IMG/VR virus record: IMGVR_UViG_3300045391_000852
Span: 6,263-70,262 of that record
Source: a virus
Taxonomy: Duplodnaviria > Caudoviricetes
Direction: 5' to 3' (one strand)
DNA: 64,000 nucleotides
The notes beneath the pieces were generated by a model, which ran no database searches, was not told the origin of the DNA, and saw only the letters and a program-made list of their open reading frames with translations. This document shows positions 18,732-29,652 of the stretch, one piece after another. Position 1 is the stretch's first letter. Every line of letters starts with the position of its first letter. A program made the position numbers and the translations under genes.

Positions 18732-20472
18732 AGGCGACCACGCAGGCGAATGGGCGCTCCCAGCTGGTAAGGTTGAAGAAGGCGAAGAGCCGATTGACGC
18801 GGCGCGGCGCGAAAGCGGCGAAGAGATTGGAATGATCCCAGCTTGGAACATCGGTCTCATTGACCGAACGACAAGCGATGAAGGGGTTGACTTCTCTACC
18901 TTCGCCCAGCGCGTCAATAAGTTCGATCCGATGCTGAACAATGAGCACAGCGAGAGCGGATGGTACAAGCTCGATGCGCTCCCGGAGCCGCTTCATCCCG
19001 GCGTCAAGAAGCTTTTTGAGAGCAAGAACCCAGCCATGGATGAAAAGCCGACAATCGCACTCGACCGCGCCACTGTCCGTTCAATTGACAAAGACGGTCG
19101 GCTGCATGTCGCAGTGACGAATATCTCAAAGGCCAACATCTGTCCATATCTCGGGAAGGAAATTCCCGACTATGAGGCATTGGGTCTTGACCCAAACAAG
19201 GTGTACAAGCTCTATCGTGATCCGGAGGAGCTTGCGAAGGCAGTTAAGACCTTCAACAATCTTCCTGTTCTCAATAAGCATGTTCCTGTTTCGACGCTCG
19301 ATCATCAGCCAGAACATATCATTGGTACCACAGGATCAGAGGCGTCATTTGAATTTCCTTATCTTCGCAACTCGATGTCATTCTGGCGCCAAGACGCCAT
19401 TGATGATATTCAGGCCGAAGACCGGAAAGAACTGTCCAGCGCGTATCGCTACCGCGCTGATATGACACCCGGAGAACTTGACGGTGTCAAGTTCGATGGC
19501 GTCATGCGTGACATCGAAGGCAACCACGTAGCGTTAGTAGAAGAAGGCAGAGCCGGCAGCGATGTCGTTGTTGGTGACGCAAAACCTCAGATGGAGAAGA
19601 TGATTATGGCAAAATCTGCTCTGCTCACTCGCAAGGCAGCTTTCATGCTTGGGGGTGTTGCGCACTTCCTCGCACCGAAGCTCGCTGCTGATGCGAAGCT
19701 CGATTTGTCGCCAGCTTTCGCCGGTGTCACTTCGAAGAACTACAAGACGAAGAAAGCTGGCATCGTCAAGGGCATCGAGAATGCTGTGAAGGGCAAGCTC
19801 GCTGCTGATGCGACACCGGAAGGTCTGGCCGAACTCCTCGACGCTTTGGAATGCTCCCCAGTCGCTGAAGGCGGCACAATGGACGCAGAGCCGGAGCCGC
19901 AGAAGGACGTGGACGCTGGCGCCAACGACGAAGACGATGATGACGATGACATGTCGATGGATGCTGAGGGCCTTCAGAATTTCCTGAAGGACAAGCTCAG
20001 TGACGAAGACATGAAAGCGGCTGATGCTTTCTTCAAGAAGGGTGCCAAAGACAATCCTCCTCCGACTGCCGGCACGCCGGACGTTGGCGGGAAGATCAAC
20101 GGCAAGGATGCTGAGCCTCCGGTGACGAAGGCGGCAATGGATGCAGCCATCCAGAAGGCGTCGAAGGCTGCGACTGATGCTGCTGTCAAGAACCAGCAGG
20201 AAATCCAGAGTGCCATTCGTGATGTTCGTCCCTATGTGGGCGAGCTTGACATTGCTTTCGATAGCGCTGAAGGCGTTTATCGCGAAGCATTCAAGGCTCT
20301 GGAGGTTGATGTCACCGATGTGCATCCTTCAGCCTTCAAGACCATTCTGGGAATGCAGACGAAAGCGGGCGACAAGAAGCCTGCTCCGGGTGCATCGCTC
20401 GGCATGGATGCTGCCGCTCAGAAAAGCTTCAATGAGCGTCATCCGAACGTCGCTCGCATCGCAACTGTGTAA
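18547..20472 (+). CDS. Nudix hydrolase fused to DUF2213 prohead protease/scaffold
   Basis: Nudix box [22 protein letters not shown]; DUF2213 motifs [11 protein letters not shown] and [12 protein letters not shown]; acidic scaffold-like tail. Confidence 0.85.
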   Translation: MPTVSPAQHRLMEAAAHTPGGYGGVSQAVGKEFVSKDAKLSAAGIVYITGDKEILLLKRSGEGDHAGEWALPAGKVEEGEEPIDAARRESGEEIGMIPAWNIGLIDRTTSDEGVDFSTFAQRVNKFDPMLNNEHSESGWYKLDALPEPLHPGVKKLFESKNPAMDEKPTIALDRATVRSIDKDGRLHVAVTNISKANICPYLGKEIPDYEALGLDPNKVYKLYRDPEELAKAVKTFNNLPVLNKHVPVSTLDHQPEHIIGTTGSEASFEFPYLRNSMSFWRQDAIDDIQAEDRKELSSAYRYRADMTPGELDGVKFDGVMRDIEGNHVALVEEGRAGSDVVVGDAKPQMEKMIMAKSALLTRKAAFMLGGVAHFLAPKLAADAKLDLSPAFAGVTSKNYKTKKAGIVKGIENAVKGKLAADATPEGLAELLDALECSPVAEGGTMDAEPEPQKDVDAGANDEDDDDDDMSMDAEGLQNFLKDKLSDEDMKAADAFFKKGAKDNPPPTAGTPDVGGKINGKDAEPPVTKAAMDAAIQKASKAATDAAVKNQQEIQSAIRDVRPYVGELDIAFDSAEGVYREAFKALEVDVTDVHPSAFKTILGMQTKAGDKKPAPGASLGMDAAAQKSFNERHPNVARIATV

Positions 20473-20487
20473 CGGGAGATTTTAACT

Positions 20488-21432
20488 ATGGGAAATGGTT
20501 TCCAGACTTCTGTCAGCACGCAGCCTGCTCCGGCAGTTGCGGGCGACTTCGCGAGCGCCAACCCTCGCTTCAGCGTTGATGCTGGACCGGGCGGTTTGGT
20601 TGCTGGTGCTGCCGGCCTTCTCATCGGTCGCGCTGCTTGGCTTTCGCCTTCGCAGGTGGATGCCAATGGCGCTCCGGCGATTGCCAACAACTTCGGTTCC
20701 GGACCTATCGCCGGTATCGTGCCGCGTGAGCAGCAGGGCTTGATCACTGAGTATCTTCAGGAATCAGGCATGCTTCTTCCGGCTGGTTTCCAGACCACTG
20801 TGATGAAGAGCGCTGACATGTGGGTTGTCAATGACGGCACCACTGAAGCTCTCTACGGCATGTTCGCTTATGCTGACTATGCAACCGGCAAGTTCAATTT
20901 TGCCGCTGCGTCGGCTCCGAACTCGGCATCTGTGACTGGCGCCATCGCTGCTTCGACAGCATCGGTGACCGGCTCGATCAATGACAACATTCTGACCGTC
21001 ACTGCGGTCGGCTCTGGCGTCGTTGTACCGGGTGCGACGATTTCTGGCACTGGCATTGCTGCCGGTACCAAAATCGTTTCGCAGCAGTCTGGCACTTCTG
21101 GTGGCATCGGCGACTATGTCGTTTCCATCCCGGAGCAGACTGTTGCATCCACTGCCGTCTCGCTGACATATGGAACACTGACTGTTTCGGCAGTCGGCTC
21201 CGGCGTGCTCGGCGTTGGCGACACACTCTCCGGCTCCGGCGTCGTTGCCGGCACGACCATTACCGCTCTCGGCACTGGCACTGGCGGGACCGGCACCTAC
21301 ATTGTGGACAACAACACGGTGGTTGCATCCACGACCATTACGGCTGGCACCAATATCCAGACGAAATGGATTGCGCAGTCCAGCGCCTTGCCGGGCGAAC
21401 TGGTCAAAGTCACATCGGTTCCGAACGGTTAA
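20488..21432 (+). CDS. head decoration/cement protein
   Basis: [21 protein letters not shown]-terminus, directly before capsid gene. Confidence 0.75.
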   Translation: MGNGFQTSVSTQPAPAVAGDFASANPRFSVDAGPGGLVAGAAGLLIGRAAWLSPSQVDANGAPAIANNFGSGPIAGIVPREQQGLITEYLQESGMLLPAGFQTTVMKSADMWVVNDGTTEALYGMFAYADYATGKFNFAAASAPNSASVTGAIAASTASVTGSINDNILTVTAVGSGVVVPGATISGTGIAAGTKIVSQQSGTSGGIGDYVVSIPEQTVASTAVSLTYGTLTVSAVGSGVLGVGDTLSGSGVVAGTTITALGTGTGGTGTYIVDNNTVVASTTITAGTNIQTKWIAQSSALPGELVKVTSVPNG

Positions 21433-21446
21433 GGGGGACATAAACT

Positions 21447-22544
21447 ATGCCAAAGTCTGTAACTGAAGCTCGCAACAATTGGGCAATGGATCGTGCCCAA
21501 TTTGAGGCAGCAGGAGCGTACTTGCTTCCTGAGACCATCTCGTATGTCCCGGATGAGTTCAAGCGCAACTTCGCTCTCGCGATGGATGCTCAGCCTCAGC
21601 TGGTGACCAATCCCAACAGCGCCATTCCGGCGTTCCTGACGACCATGGTGGACCCCACCGTGTTCGAAATTCTGTTTGCGCCGAACCGTGCGGCCGAAAT
21701 TTTCGGTGAAGTCCGCAAGGGCACTTGGCTCGATGACACTGCCATGTTCCCGGTTGTGGAACACACTGGTGAGGTTTCGAGCTATGGCGACCATAACAAT
21801 AATGGTCGTGCCGGCGCCAACACCAACTGGCCGCAGCGTCAGGCCTATCTCTACCAGACCATCAAGGATTACGGCGAGCGCGAGCTTGAACGTGCCGGTC
21901 TGGCTCGCATCAGCTGGGTCACTGAAATCGACCGCGCTGCTGTGACTGTTCTGAACAAGTTCCAGAACCTCACCTATTTCTACGGTGTGGCTGGTCTTCA
22001 GAACTACGGCCTGTTCACTGATCCGAACCTCAGTGCTGCTTTGACGCCTTCCACGAAGACGGCTGGTGGCACTGCATGGATCACCAATGGTGTCGTCACT
22101 GCCACCGCCAATGAGATTTACACCGACATCCAGTCGCTGTTTTCCAAGTTGGTGGCGCAGAACGCCGGTCTGATCACGCAGGAAAGCAAGCTGACGCTCG
22201 CTATGTCTCCGGGATCAGAAGTGGCGTTGACTGCAACCAACACCTTCAACGTCAATGTTTCGGACCTTCTGAAGAAGAATTTCCCGAACATTACGGTGAA
22301 GACAGCGGTTCAGTACGGCGCTCGCTCGGCTCAGAACCCGCAGGGCATCGTCGGTGGCAACCTCGTTCAGCTCATTGCTGACGATGTTGAAGGGCAGGAC
22401 ACTGGTTACTGCGCCTTCAATGAGAAGATGCGTGCGCATCCGATCATTCGCCATCTCTCTTCCTTCCAACAGAAGCTCACTGCCGGCACTTGGGGTGCGA
22501 TCATTCGCATGCCCAGCGCGTTTGCGCAGATGCTCGGAGTGTAA
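21447..22544 (+). CDS. major capsid protein (DUF2184-like)
   Basis: 365 aa; YGERELERAG and FYGVAGLQNYGLFTDPN motifs; position. Confidence 0.88.
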   Translation: MPKSVTEARNNWAMDRAQFEAAGAYLLPETISYVPDEFKRNFALAMDAQPQLVTNPNSAIPAFLTTMVDPTVFEILFAPNRAAEIFGEVRKGTWLDDTAMFPVVEHTGEVSSYGDHNNNGRAGANTNWPQRQAYLYQTIKDYGERELERAGLARISWVTEIDRAAVTVLNKFQNLTYFYGVAGLQNYGLFTDPNLSAALTPSTKTAGGTAWITNGVVTATANEIYTDIQSLFSKLVAQNAGLITQESKLTLAMSPGSEVALTATNTFNVNVSDLLKKNFPNITVKTAVQYGARSAQNPQGIVGGNLVQLIADDVEGQDTGYCAFNEKMRAHPIIRHLSSFQQKLTAGTWGAIIRMPSAFAQMLGV

Positions 22545-22547
22545 TGT

Positions 22548-23039
22548 ATGGCGAAAAAGTCAGGATCGTTTGTTTCCGTTGGTTGCCGCGTCCCGATGGG
22601 CCTTGAGCTTCGTTTGTTCAAGGGCTTTGATACGCAGGAGCCAGTCATGGGTGGCGGCACACGTGCCGTCACTGTTTACCGTGAAGTCCCCGGCAAATCA
22701 GTCATGCTGAAGGGTTTCGCGACCGCACAAGGCGTTTCGCCCGGTCACCAGATTATCGGCGGCTATGGCCTGACGCACAATGTTGACAAGGAATTCATGG
22801 AGGAATGGCTCAAGCAGAACGCTGAATCAGACCTCGTGAAAAATCAGCTTGTCTTCATCCGCGAGACGCCTTCGGAAGCTCGGAAGGAAGCCAATAATCT
22901 CCGTGACAACAAGTCAAACATGGAGCGTTTGGACCCCAACAATCTTCCGAAGGGTGTCAAGACTGCCGAAGAAGGTGCTGCCCAGATCGGCAATACCGAC
23001 AGCGACAGCGATGGCGAAGACGCGGGCGGCGAGGAATAA
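22548..23039 (+). CDS. putative virion protein
   Basis: VGCRVPMGL and GGYGLTHNVDKEFMEEW; conserved position after capsid gene. Confidence 0.65.
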   Translation: MAKKSGSFVSVGCRVPMGLELRLFKGFDTQEPVMGGGTRAVTVYREVPGKSVMLKGFATAQGVSPGHQIIGGYGLTHNVDKEFMEEWLKQNAESDLVKNQLVFIRETPSEARKEANNLRDNKSNMERLDPNNLPKGVKTAEEGAAQIGNTDSDSDGEDAGGEE

Positions 23040-23041
23040 CG

Positions 23042-23470
23042 ATGGGTGCTGTCGTCAATTTCAACTATCAGCAGTGGAAGGCTCGCTATCCCGAATTTTG
23101 CGGGGTCAGTGAGCCGACTGCTCAAGCGTATTTTAACGAGGCCCAGATTTATCATCGCAATGATGCTATGGGCCCTGTTCAAAATCCGTCTGTTCAGCTG
23201 ACGATGTTGAACATGGTGACAGCACATCTCGCTGCCATTTACTCAGGGACCAACGGCCAACCGGCTTCACCGCTTGTTGGCCGTGTCTCTCAGGCTGCAG
23301 AAGGATCGGTAAATGTCTCGACTGACATGACAATCGATCCTGGCTCTGAGCAGTGGTGGGCTCAGACGAAATATGGTTTGGCCTATTGGACAGCTGCTGC
23401 GCCTTATCGCACAATGCAGTATGTTCCGGGTTTTCCCCGCCCCACCAATCCGTTTTTCTATCGTCGCTGA
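23042..23470 (+). CDS. head-tail adaptor (DUF4054-like)
   Basis: YPEF, LVGRVSQAAEGSVNVS, QTKYG..YW. Confidence 0.8.
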   Translation: MGAVVNFNYQQWKARYPEFCGVSEPTAQAYFNEAQIYHRNDAMGPVQNPSVQLTMLNMVTAHLAAIYSGTNGQPASPLVGRVSQAAEGSVNVSTDMTIDPGSEQWWAQTKYGLAYWTAAAPYRTMQYVPGFPRPTNPFFYRR

Positions 23471-23919
23471 TGGTTACTGTTCGCGGCGGCGATCAATTAG
23501 AGAAGCGTTTGCGAGAAATTGCGGACGCTCTCGGGAATAAAGGAGCCGTCAAAGTTGGCTTCTTAGAGAATGCGACATATCCGAATGGAACGCCGGTCGC
23601 GATGATCGCTCTCATTCAGGATAGTGGCGCTCCAAATGCAGGAATTCCGCCGCGTCCGTTTTTCCGGAACATGGTTGCTTCGAAAAGTCCAGAATGGCCC
23701 AAGGCCATTTATGATTTATTGAAGCAGACAAATTACGATGGCCAACACACACTCGCGTTGATCGGGGAAGCTATCAAAGCGCAGCTTCAGCAATCGATCC
23801 GTGATACCAACACACCACCGTTGAAGCCTGCGACCGTCAAGCGCAAGGGATTTGATAAGCCGTTGATCGAGACATCTCACATGATCAATAGTGTGGATTA
23901 TGAGGTTGTGACAGAATGA
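23470..23919 (+). CDS. neck/virion morphogenesis protein
   Basis: VKVGFLE, IPPRPF, KPLIET.HMINSVDY. Confidence 0.75.
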   Translation: MVTVRGGDQLEKRLREIADALGNKGAVKVGFLENATYPNGTPVAMIALIQDSGAPNAGIPPRPFFRNMVASKSPEWPKAIYDLLKQTNYDGQHTLALIGEAIKAQLQQSIRDTNTPPLKPATVKRKGFDKPLIETSHMINSVDYEVVTE

Positions 23920-24290
23920 ACCTTCATGGGATCGCCTCGGGAGCCATTGGCGTGGTAAATCCTTTTGAGGAGATTACCATTCAGCGTTCTGATGGATATG
24001 AAACATCACCTTCCGGGAAGCGCACGCCGAAATATGATCTTCCTGTGAATGTCTTGGCTCAAGTTCAAGCTCTGTCGTTTTCTGATTTGACGCAGATCAA
24101 TGGATTGAACATTCAAGGCGAGCGTCGCGCGGTTTATATAAACGGCCGCAGCGATGCGATCATCAGAGAAGATAAAAAAGGTGGCGACTTGATCACCCGG
24201 AAGGATGGGACAAAATGGCTCAATGTCCATGTCCTTGAGTATTGGCCGGATTGGTGCAAGTTTGTCATCACTCGACAAGATGGAGCATGA
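23916..24290 (+). CDS. head closure protein
   Basis: QVQALS...KGGDLI; position in neck module. Confidence 0.7.
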   Translation: MNLHGIASGAIGVVNPFEEITIQRSDGYETSPSGKRTPKYDLPVNVLAQVQALSFSDLTQINGLNIQGERRAVYINGRSDAIIREDKKGGDLITRKDGTKWLNVHVLEYWPDWCKFVITRQDGA

Positions 24291-24291
24291 T

Positions 24292-24630
24292 ATGAAACTT
24301 CTTCACTTCACCTTCCCGCTTTGCCTCGCGTTTCTGTGTGCGGCTCCAGCGCTCGCTGATCCGGGAATTCAAAAGGTTCCGCTCGGCTATCAACAGATCA
24401 CATCGACCGACACAGCAGTCAGCTTGACTGTTCCGACTGGTGCGACCTCGGCAGTCATCGAGACTGAAGCGCAAGCTGCGCGCTATCGCGATGATGGTGC
24501 GGCTCCGACAACGACAGTTGGCATGCCGCTCGCGGTAGGCGAAAAGCTGGAATATTCCGGAACGCTTTCGAAGGTCCGCATCATTGCCGCCACGACTGGC
24601 GCCATCATCAATGTTCTTTACTATCGATGA
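24292..24630 (+). CDS. protein with signal-peptide-like N-terminus
   Basis: MKLLHFTFPLCLAFLCAAPALA-DP. Confidence 0.6.
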   Translation: MKLLHFTFPLCLAFLCAAPALADPGIQKVPLGYQQITSTDTAVSLTVPTGATSAVIETEAQAARYRDDGAAPTTTVGMPLAVGEKLEYSGTLSKVRIIAATTGAIINVLYYR

Positions 24631-25355
24631 CTGCTTCTATCGGACCAACACAAGCTGACCTCCAGACCGTCCTGCGGGCATTCTTGGTTGGAATTCTTCC
24701 GGACGGTGTAGAGATTTTCGAAGGCCAAGACAATCGCGTTCCAGAGCCGAGTGGCAATGACTTCGTTGTCATGACGCCTTTCCGGTTTGATCGTCTTGAG
24801 ACGAATGTTGATTCATTCGCAGATGTCAAATTTGTTGGATCGATCACCGGCAATACCTTGACAGTTGAATCAATCAGCCTCGGACAGATCAAGGTTGGAA
24901 CGCCAGTTTTTGGCGTAGGGGTCGCAGACGGAACGATTGTTAAGGCGCTAGGCTCCGGGAACGGTGGTGCTGGAACTTATATCTTGAACAATATCCAAGC
25001 GGTCGCGAGCGAAAATCTAGCTGGCGGCGGCAAGACGATGGTTCAGGCAACGATGGTGACAGTTCAGTTGGATGTGCACGGCCCAAATGCATCCGACAAT
25101 GTTCAGATCATCTCGACTTCATTTCGTGATAGTTATGCAGTCGAAAAGTTTACTGCGATCAATCCAGCTGTCACGCCGCTTTATGCAGACAACCCGCGCC
25201 AGCTTCCCTTCGTCAACGCTGAGCAACAGTATGAATATCGCTGGAGCGTTGATGCTGCAATTCAGAATAATCAGACTGTCACCCAAATCCCGCAGCAGTT
25301 TGCGGACACACTGGACCTCGACGTGATCAGCGTCGAAGAAGCATACCCGGCTTGA
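24627..25355 (+). CDS. tail terminator/neck protein with inserted domain
   Basis: GQDNRVPEP, VQLDVHG, EQQYEYRW. Confidence 0.75.
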   Translation: MTASIGPTQADLQTVLRAFLVGILPDGVEIFEGQDNRVPEPSGNDFVVMTPFRFDRLETNVDSFADVKFVGSITGNTLTVESISLGQIKVGTPVFGVGVADGTIVKALGSGNGGAGTYILNNIQAVASENLAGGGKTMVQATMVTVQLDVHGPNASDNVQIISTSFRDSYAVEKFTAINPAVTPLYADNPRQLPFVNAEQQYEYRWSVDAAIQNNQTVTQIPQQFADTLDLDVISVEEAYPA

Positions 25356-25368
25356 AACGAGGAAAGAC

Positions 25369-27099
25369 ATGAGCACAATCCCAGCAAGTGAAATCGTCAA
25401 TGTAACTCCCGGCGTTCTCTCTGCGGGAGGAAGCTCATTGAACGTCATCGCCTTGATGCTGTCGAACAGCAATCGCGTTCCGGTCGGAACGGTGAAGCCG
25501 TTCGCCACCAAGAACGATGTGGCCGATTTCTTCGGCTCTGATTCAGTCGAAGCCAAATTGGCATCGATTTACTTCAAGGGCTACAACAACGCCACTGCCA
25601 TTCCCGGCTCGCTGTTGTTTGCGCAATACAATCAGTCAGCAGTCAGCGCTTATGAACGTGGCGGCCCAATTGGCGCTTCCGCGACCGTGGCGCAGATCGC
25701 GGCGATGTCCGGCGACATCTCCATTAATGTTGATGGTGCTGTCCGGAGCGCTTCGGCTTTGAGCCTTGGTGCGGCAACGAGCTATTCAAATGCAGCCTCG
25801 ATCATTGAGACGGCGCTGAATGATTCACCGCCCACCAATGCGACATTCACAGGCTCAATCTCCGGCTCAGAATTGACTGTCACAGCGATGGCGAGCGGCG
25901 TGATTGCTGTTGGCCAGCAGGTTGTCGGCACCGATGTGACAGCCGGCACTGTCATTGTCGCGCTCGGCACTGGAACGGGAAGCACCGGAACTTATACCGT
26001 CAATAATTCGCAGAGCGTTTCCTCTGAGGATATGACGACACAGCCTGCTCCTGTCGTGGTTTCGTATGATTCATTGTCTCAAGCTTTCACCATCGCTTCC
26101 TCTTCGACCGGCGCTGTTTCAACGATCCAGAGTGCCACAGGAAGCCTCGCGACCTCGCTGTTGCTGACGTCTGCGACCGGCGCTGTTCTGTCGCAGGGTG
26201 CGGCTCCGGCCTCCCCGACGCCATTCATGAATGAGATCATTGACCAGACGCAGAATTGGGTCACCTTCATGACCACATTCGATCCGGATAATGGTTCAGG
26301 CAATGCCGTCCGTCTTGCCTTCGCGCAGTGGGTCAATCAGCAGGATGATCAGTACTGCTACGTTGTCGAGGATGATGACGAAGCTCCAACTGTGACTGTT
26401 CCGGCAACCTCATCGCTTGGCGTCCTCATTCAGACGCAGGAGCTTGAGGGCACCAACGTCAACTTCAACAATCAGGACTTTGGCACCATCGCTGCCTTTG
26501 TTTGCGGCTCGGCTGCGTCCATTGACTTTGCGCGGACGAATGGCCGGACCACATTTGCTGATCTTCAGCAGGATGGTCTTGTTGCATCCGTCACCAATGC
26601 GTCTGTTGCCCGCAATCTCGCGGATAATGGATACAATTTCTACGGTGCTTATGCAACACGCAACTCTGACTTCGTCATTTATCGCAATGGCGTTGTCTCA
26701 GGCGATTTCCAATGGATGGATAGCTACATCGATCAAATCTGGCTCAACTCGATGTTCCAGCTTGCATTGATGCAACTTCTGACTTCAATCGGTTCGATCC
26801 CATACAATCCGGCAGGCTATGCTCTCATCGAGGCAGCGCTGTCTGATTCAATCAACGCCGGTCTAAACTTTGGCGCTTATCGTCCGAATGTGACGCTGTC
26901 CTCAACGCAGATCGCAGAGGTCAACCAAGCTGCCGGCGCAGAGGTCGCATCCACCCTTCAAGCTCGCGGCTGGTATCTGCAAATCCTCGATGCTTCCCCG
27001 GCAGTCCGGGCGAAACGCGGCTCGCCTCCGATGACATTCTGGTACGTCGATGGTCAGAGCGTCCAGTCCATCTCGCTGAACTCTGTCGCTGTTCAATAA
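25369..27099 (+). CDS. tail sheath protein (DUF3383-like)
   Basis: IPASEIVNVTPGVL start; IPYNPAGYALIEA; RGSPPMTFWYVDGQSVQ. Confidence 0.88.
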   Translation: MSTIPASEIVNVTPGVLSAGGSSLNVIALMLSNSNRVPVGTVKPFATKNDVADFFGSDSVEAKLASIYFKGYNNATAIPGSLLFAQYNQSAVSAYERGGPIGASATVAQIAAMSGDISINVDGAVRSASALSLGAATSYSNAASIIETALNDSPPTNATFTGSISGSELTVTAMASGVIAVGQQVVGTDVTAGTVIVALGTGTGSTGTYTVNNSQSVSSEDMTTQPAPVVVSYDSLSQAFTIASSSTGAVSTIQSATGSLATSLLLTSATGAVLSQGAAPASPTPFMNEIIDQTQNWVTFMTTFDPDNGSGNAVRLAFAQWVNQQDDQYCYVVEDDDEAPTVTVPATSSLGVLIQTQELEGTNVNFNNQDFGTIAAFVCGSAASIDFARTNGRTTFADLQQDGLVASVTNASVARNLADNGYNFYGAYATRNSDFVIYRNGVVSGDFQWMDSYIDQIWLNSMFQLALMQLLTSIGSIPYNPAGYALIEAALSDSINAGLNFGAYRPNVTLSSTQIAEVNQAAGAEVASTLQARGWYLQILDASPAVRAKRGSPPMTFWYVDGQSVQSISLNSVAVQ

Positions 27100-27110
27100 G
27101 GAAAACCATA

Positions 27111-27539
27111 ATGTCAATTACCTCCGCAAATGCTGTATATCAGCTGGCCATCGCCAATCTCTTCCCGACGCCGGTTCAGCTTCAAGGTTTTGGCACTGAC
27201 GATGCCTTCGACACTGATTCACTTGAATCAGCTGAAACGATGATGGGTGTGGATGGAAAGCTCTCGGGCGGTTTCGTCTATGTCCCAACGAAGCAGACGA
27301 TTACGCTTCAGGCTGACAGTGCTTCCAACTCCATCTTCGACACATGGTGGTCGGCGGCGCAAGGTCAGCAGGACGTTTTCGTTGCCAACGGCCTGATTCT
27401 CCTCCCGGCGCTCGGGAAGAAATGGACCTTCACAAAGGGCTTCTTGACGGGATATTCTCCGGTTCCGCCTGCGAAGAAAATTCTTCAGCCGCGCAAGTTC
27501 GGCATCACTTGGGAAAGGGTATCGCCAGCGGCGATCTGA
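27111..27539 (+). CDS. tail tube protein
   Basis: SITSANA, LQGFGTDD, MGVDGKLSGG. Confidence 0.82.
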   Translation: MSITSANAVYQLAIANLFPTPVQLQGFGTDDAFDTDSLESAETMMGVDGKLSGGFVYVPTKQTITLQADSASNSIFDTWWSAAQGQQDVFVANGLILLPALGKKWTFTKGFLTGYSPVPPAKKILQPRKFGITWERVSPAAI

Positions 27540-27543
27540 TCAC

Positions 27544-27951
27544 ATGAGAAAAATTCTTGAAGTAAGGGTGGAAGCAACGCCGGAAAACCGGGATAATGGG
27601 AAGCTCTTCATTATCACTGAAATGCCGGCATCTCAAGCAGAGCTTTGGGCGCTTCGTGTGTTCCAAGCTCTCGCCAAATCCGGCGTGGACATTGGCGATG
27701 TCGATCAAAGCTCTGGGATGGCCGGAATTGCCTTCATGGGAATTAAGGCTCTCGCGGGCATGAATTTCTCTGATGCGCAATTCCTTATGGATGAGATGTT
27801 CAAGTGCATCAAGATCGCTCCCAGTTCAGTCGATCATGGTGTGCAGCGTGCACTCATCGAGGAAGACATTGAAGAGGTCAGCACCCGGCTTCTGCTTCGG
27901 AGAAAGGTGCTTGAACTACACACGGGTTTTTCTTTTCCCGGCTCAAAATAG
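27544..27951 (+). CDS. tail assembly chaperone
   Basis: Between tube and tape measure; slippery heptamer near 3' end. Confidence 0.75.
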   Translation: MRKILEVRVEATPENRDNGKLFIITEMPASQAELWALRVFQALAKSGVDIGDVDQSSGMAGIAFMGIKALAGMNFSDAQFLMDEMFKCIKIAPSSVDHGVQRALIEEDIEEVSTRLLLRRKVLELHTGFSFPGSK

Positions 27952-28148
27952 ACCTTCCATATGAAGCCGGGATTTCGTTAGAACCGTATCGAAATGTTAC
28001 GCCAATCGTCGGTGCAGTTGTCTCGCTAGGTAAAGCATCTCTCCACGAACTTCAAACAATCTATTCGCTTGAAGATGCTTATGATCTCCTAGAGATAGCC
28101 ATCATCGATAGCCACAACAAAAAACTTTTGGCGCCCAAGTCGCCATAA
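27924..28148 (+). other. -1 programmed frameshift site and extension ORF of the tail chaperone
   Basis: G GGT TTT at 27924-27930; -1 frame open to TAA 28148, encoding SLHELQTIYSLEDAYDLLEIAIIDSHN. Confidence 0.75.
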
Positions 28149-28164
28149 TGAATGAGGGGAAGAA

Positions 28165-29652
28165 TTGCCAACAGTCATTGACAGCTTCATTGTTGAACTT
28201 GGCCTTGATCCGTCGAAGCTCGACAAGGGTCAGAAGGAAGCTGTCAAAAATTTCAAGAAAAATAATGAAGAGTTTGTCAAACAAGGCAAACAGATGGAGG
28301 CCCAATCCAAGAGCATGGGTGATGCTCTTGAGTCATTTGGCCGAAAGACGCTTGGCGTTTTCGCATTGTTTGCGGGCGGTCGCGGCGTCAAGGAGCTAGC
28401 CCAGTACATTACCGCCGTCGATGTTGCGGCCGGTCGGCTCTCCAAAAATATCAATGTTGGCGTTGGCCAACTCTCGGCATGGTATGGCGTGAACATTCGC
28501 GCCGGTGGCAGTGCGGAAGGTGCTGCCCAGTCCTTTGCCAATTTCAACAATCAACTTCAAAATTTCAAGGCGACTGGCGAAGCGGGATTTATCCCGTTCC
28601 TTCGTGCATTGGAACAAGGCACAGGTCGCCAAATCCAACTGAACAAGCCGCTGGAAGAAACCTATCTTGACATTGCTGATGCTGTTCACAAGCTCGCTCA
28701 GACAGACCGCGCATATGCAGTTTGGGTTGCCAAGCAGATCGTTGGTGATGATGTTCTCGCGACCACCATGGCAGATCGTGGCCGTGGCATCAAGAGCCTG
28801 ATCGAAGATCAAAAGAAGCTTGGTGAAATCACCGATGAAGATATCAAAGCTTCAAATCAACTCAATGCTGCTTGGGCTGACAGCGAGCGAGCAGCCATTT
28901 CATTGGGTCGTTCTATCCTGACATGGATGACCCCGGCGCTGGTCGGCGTTCTTCATGTTGCGCGAGATTTTTTCAAAGGCGCAGCCAATGGCGACTTTGT
29001 GGAGAATTCCATCCGGACCTCCGGCGCATCCATTGGCATGTCTCCGGAAGAGATTGAAAGTGAGATCGCCAAATATAGGGCGAGCCGCGCCGCCAAGAAG
29101 GCTTCTTCCAATGCTCCTGTGACTGGCACAGCCTTCGGAAATTCCGGCGAGAAAGAAGCTTTCATCCGGGCGACAGCTGCAAAATTTGGCATTAATCCCA
29201 ACACTGCGATGCAGGTGGCCAAATCCGAAGGCTTCAACAGCTTCGTTGGTGACCGGGGAACCTCTTTCGGTGCATTCCAGCTTCACTACGGTGGCCGCGC
29301 GGGCGGGAGCCTTGCAGCGAGGGGCCTAGGAGATGCGTTCACAAAAGACACAGGACTGGATGCCTCAGACCCAAAAAACGAGCGGGCGGCCATAGAATAT
29401 GCCCTCCGGTATGCTTCGAAGCACGGTTGGGGCGAGTGGTACGGCGCTCGCCGGGTCGGGGTGGGCCGGTTCGAAGGAATTGGGCCTTCTTTGGCGTCCG
29501 GGGGCGGCGGCGGAACCCATAACACTGATGTCCGGATTGATACAATCAATATCCAGACCTCCGCCACCGACGCGAGCGGCATCGCGAAGGACATCCAGCC
29601 GGAACTGAAACGAGCAACAATGGCCGCCAACGCTAACTACGGGCAGCAGTGA
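28165..29652 (+). CDS. tape measure protein with C-terminal lysozyme-like domain
   Basis: TVIDSFIVELGLD start; Ala-rich helices; AKSEG...SFGAFQLH motif. Confidence 0.8.
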   Translation: MPTVIDSFIVELGLDPSKLDKGQKEAVKNFKKNNEEFVKQGKQMEAQSKSMGDALESFGRKTLGVFALFAGGRGVKELAQYITAVDVAAGRLSKNINVGVGQLSAWYGVNIRAGGSAEGAAQSFANFNNQLQNFKATGEAGFIPFLRALEQGTGRQIQLNKPLEETYLDIADAVHKLAQTDRAYAVWVAKQIVGDDVLATTMADRGRGIKSLIEDQKKLGEITDEDIKASNQLNAAWADSERAAISLGRSILTWMTPALVGVLHVARDFFKGAANGDFVENSIRTSGASIGMSPEEIESEIAKYRASRAAKKASSNAPVTGTAFGNSGEKEAFIRATAAKFGINPNTAMQVAKSEGFNSFVGDRGTSFGAFQLHYGGRAGGSLAARGLGDAFTKDTGLDASDPKNERAAIEYALRYASKHGWGEWYGARRVGVGRFEGIGPSLASGGGGGTHNTDVRIDTINIQTSATDASGIAKDIQPELKRATMAANANYGQQ

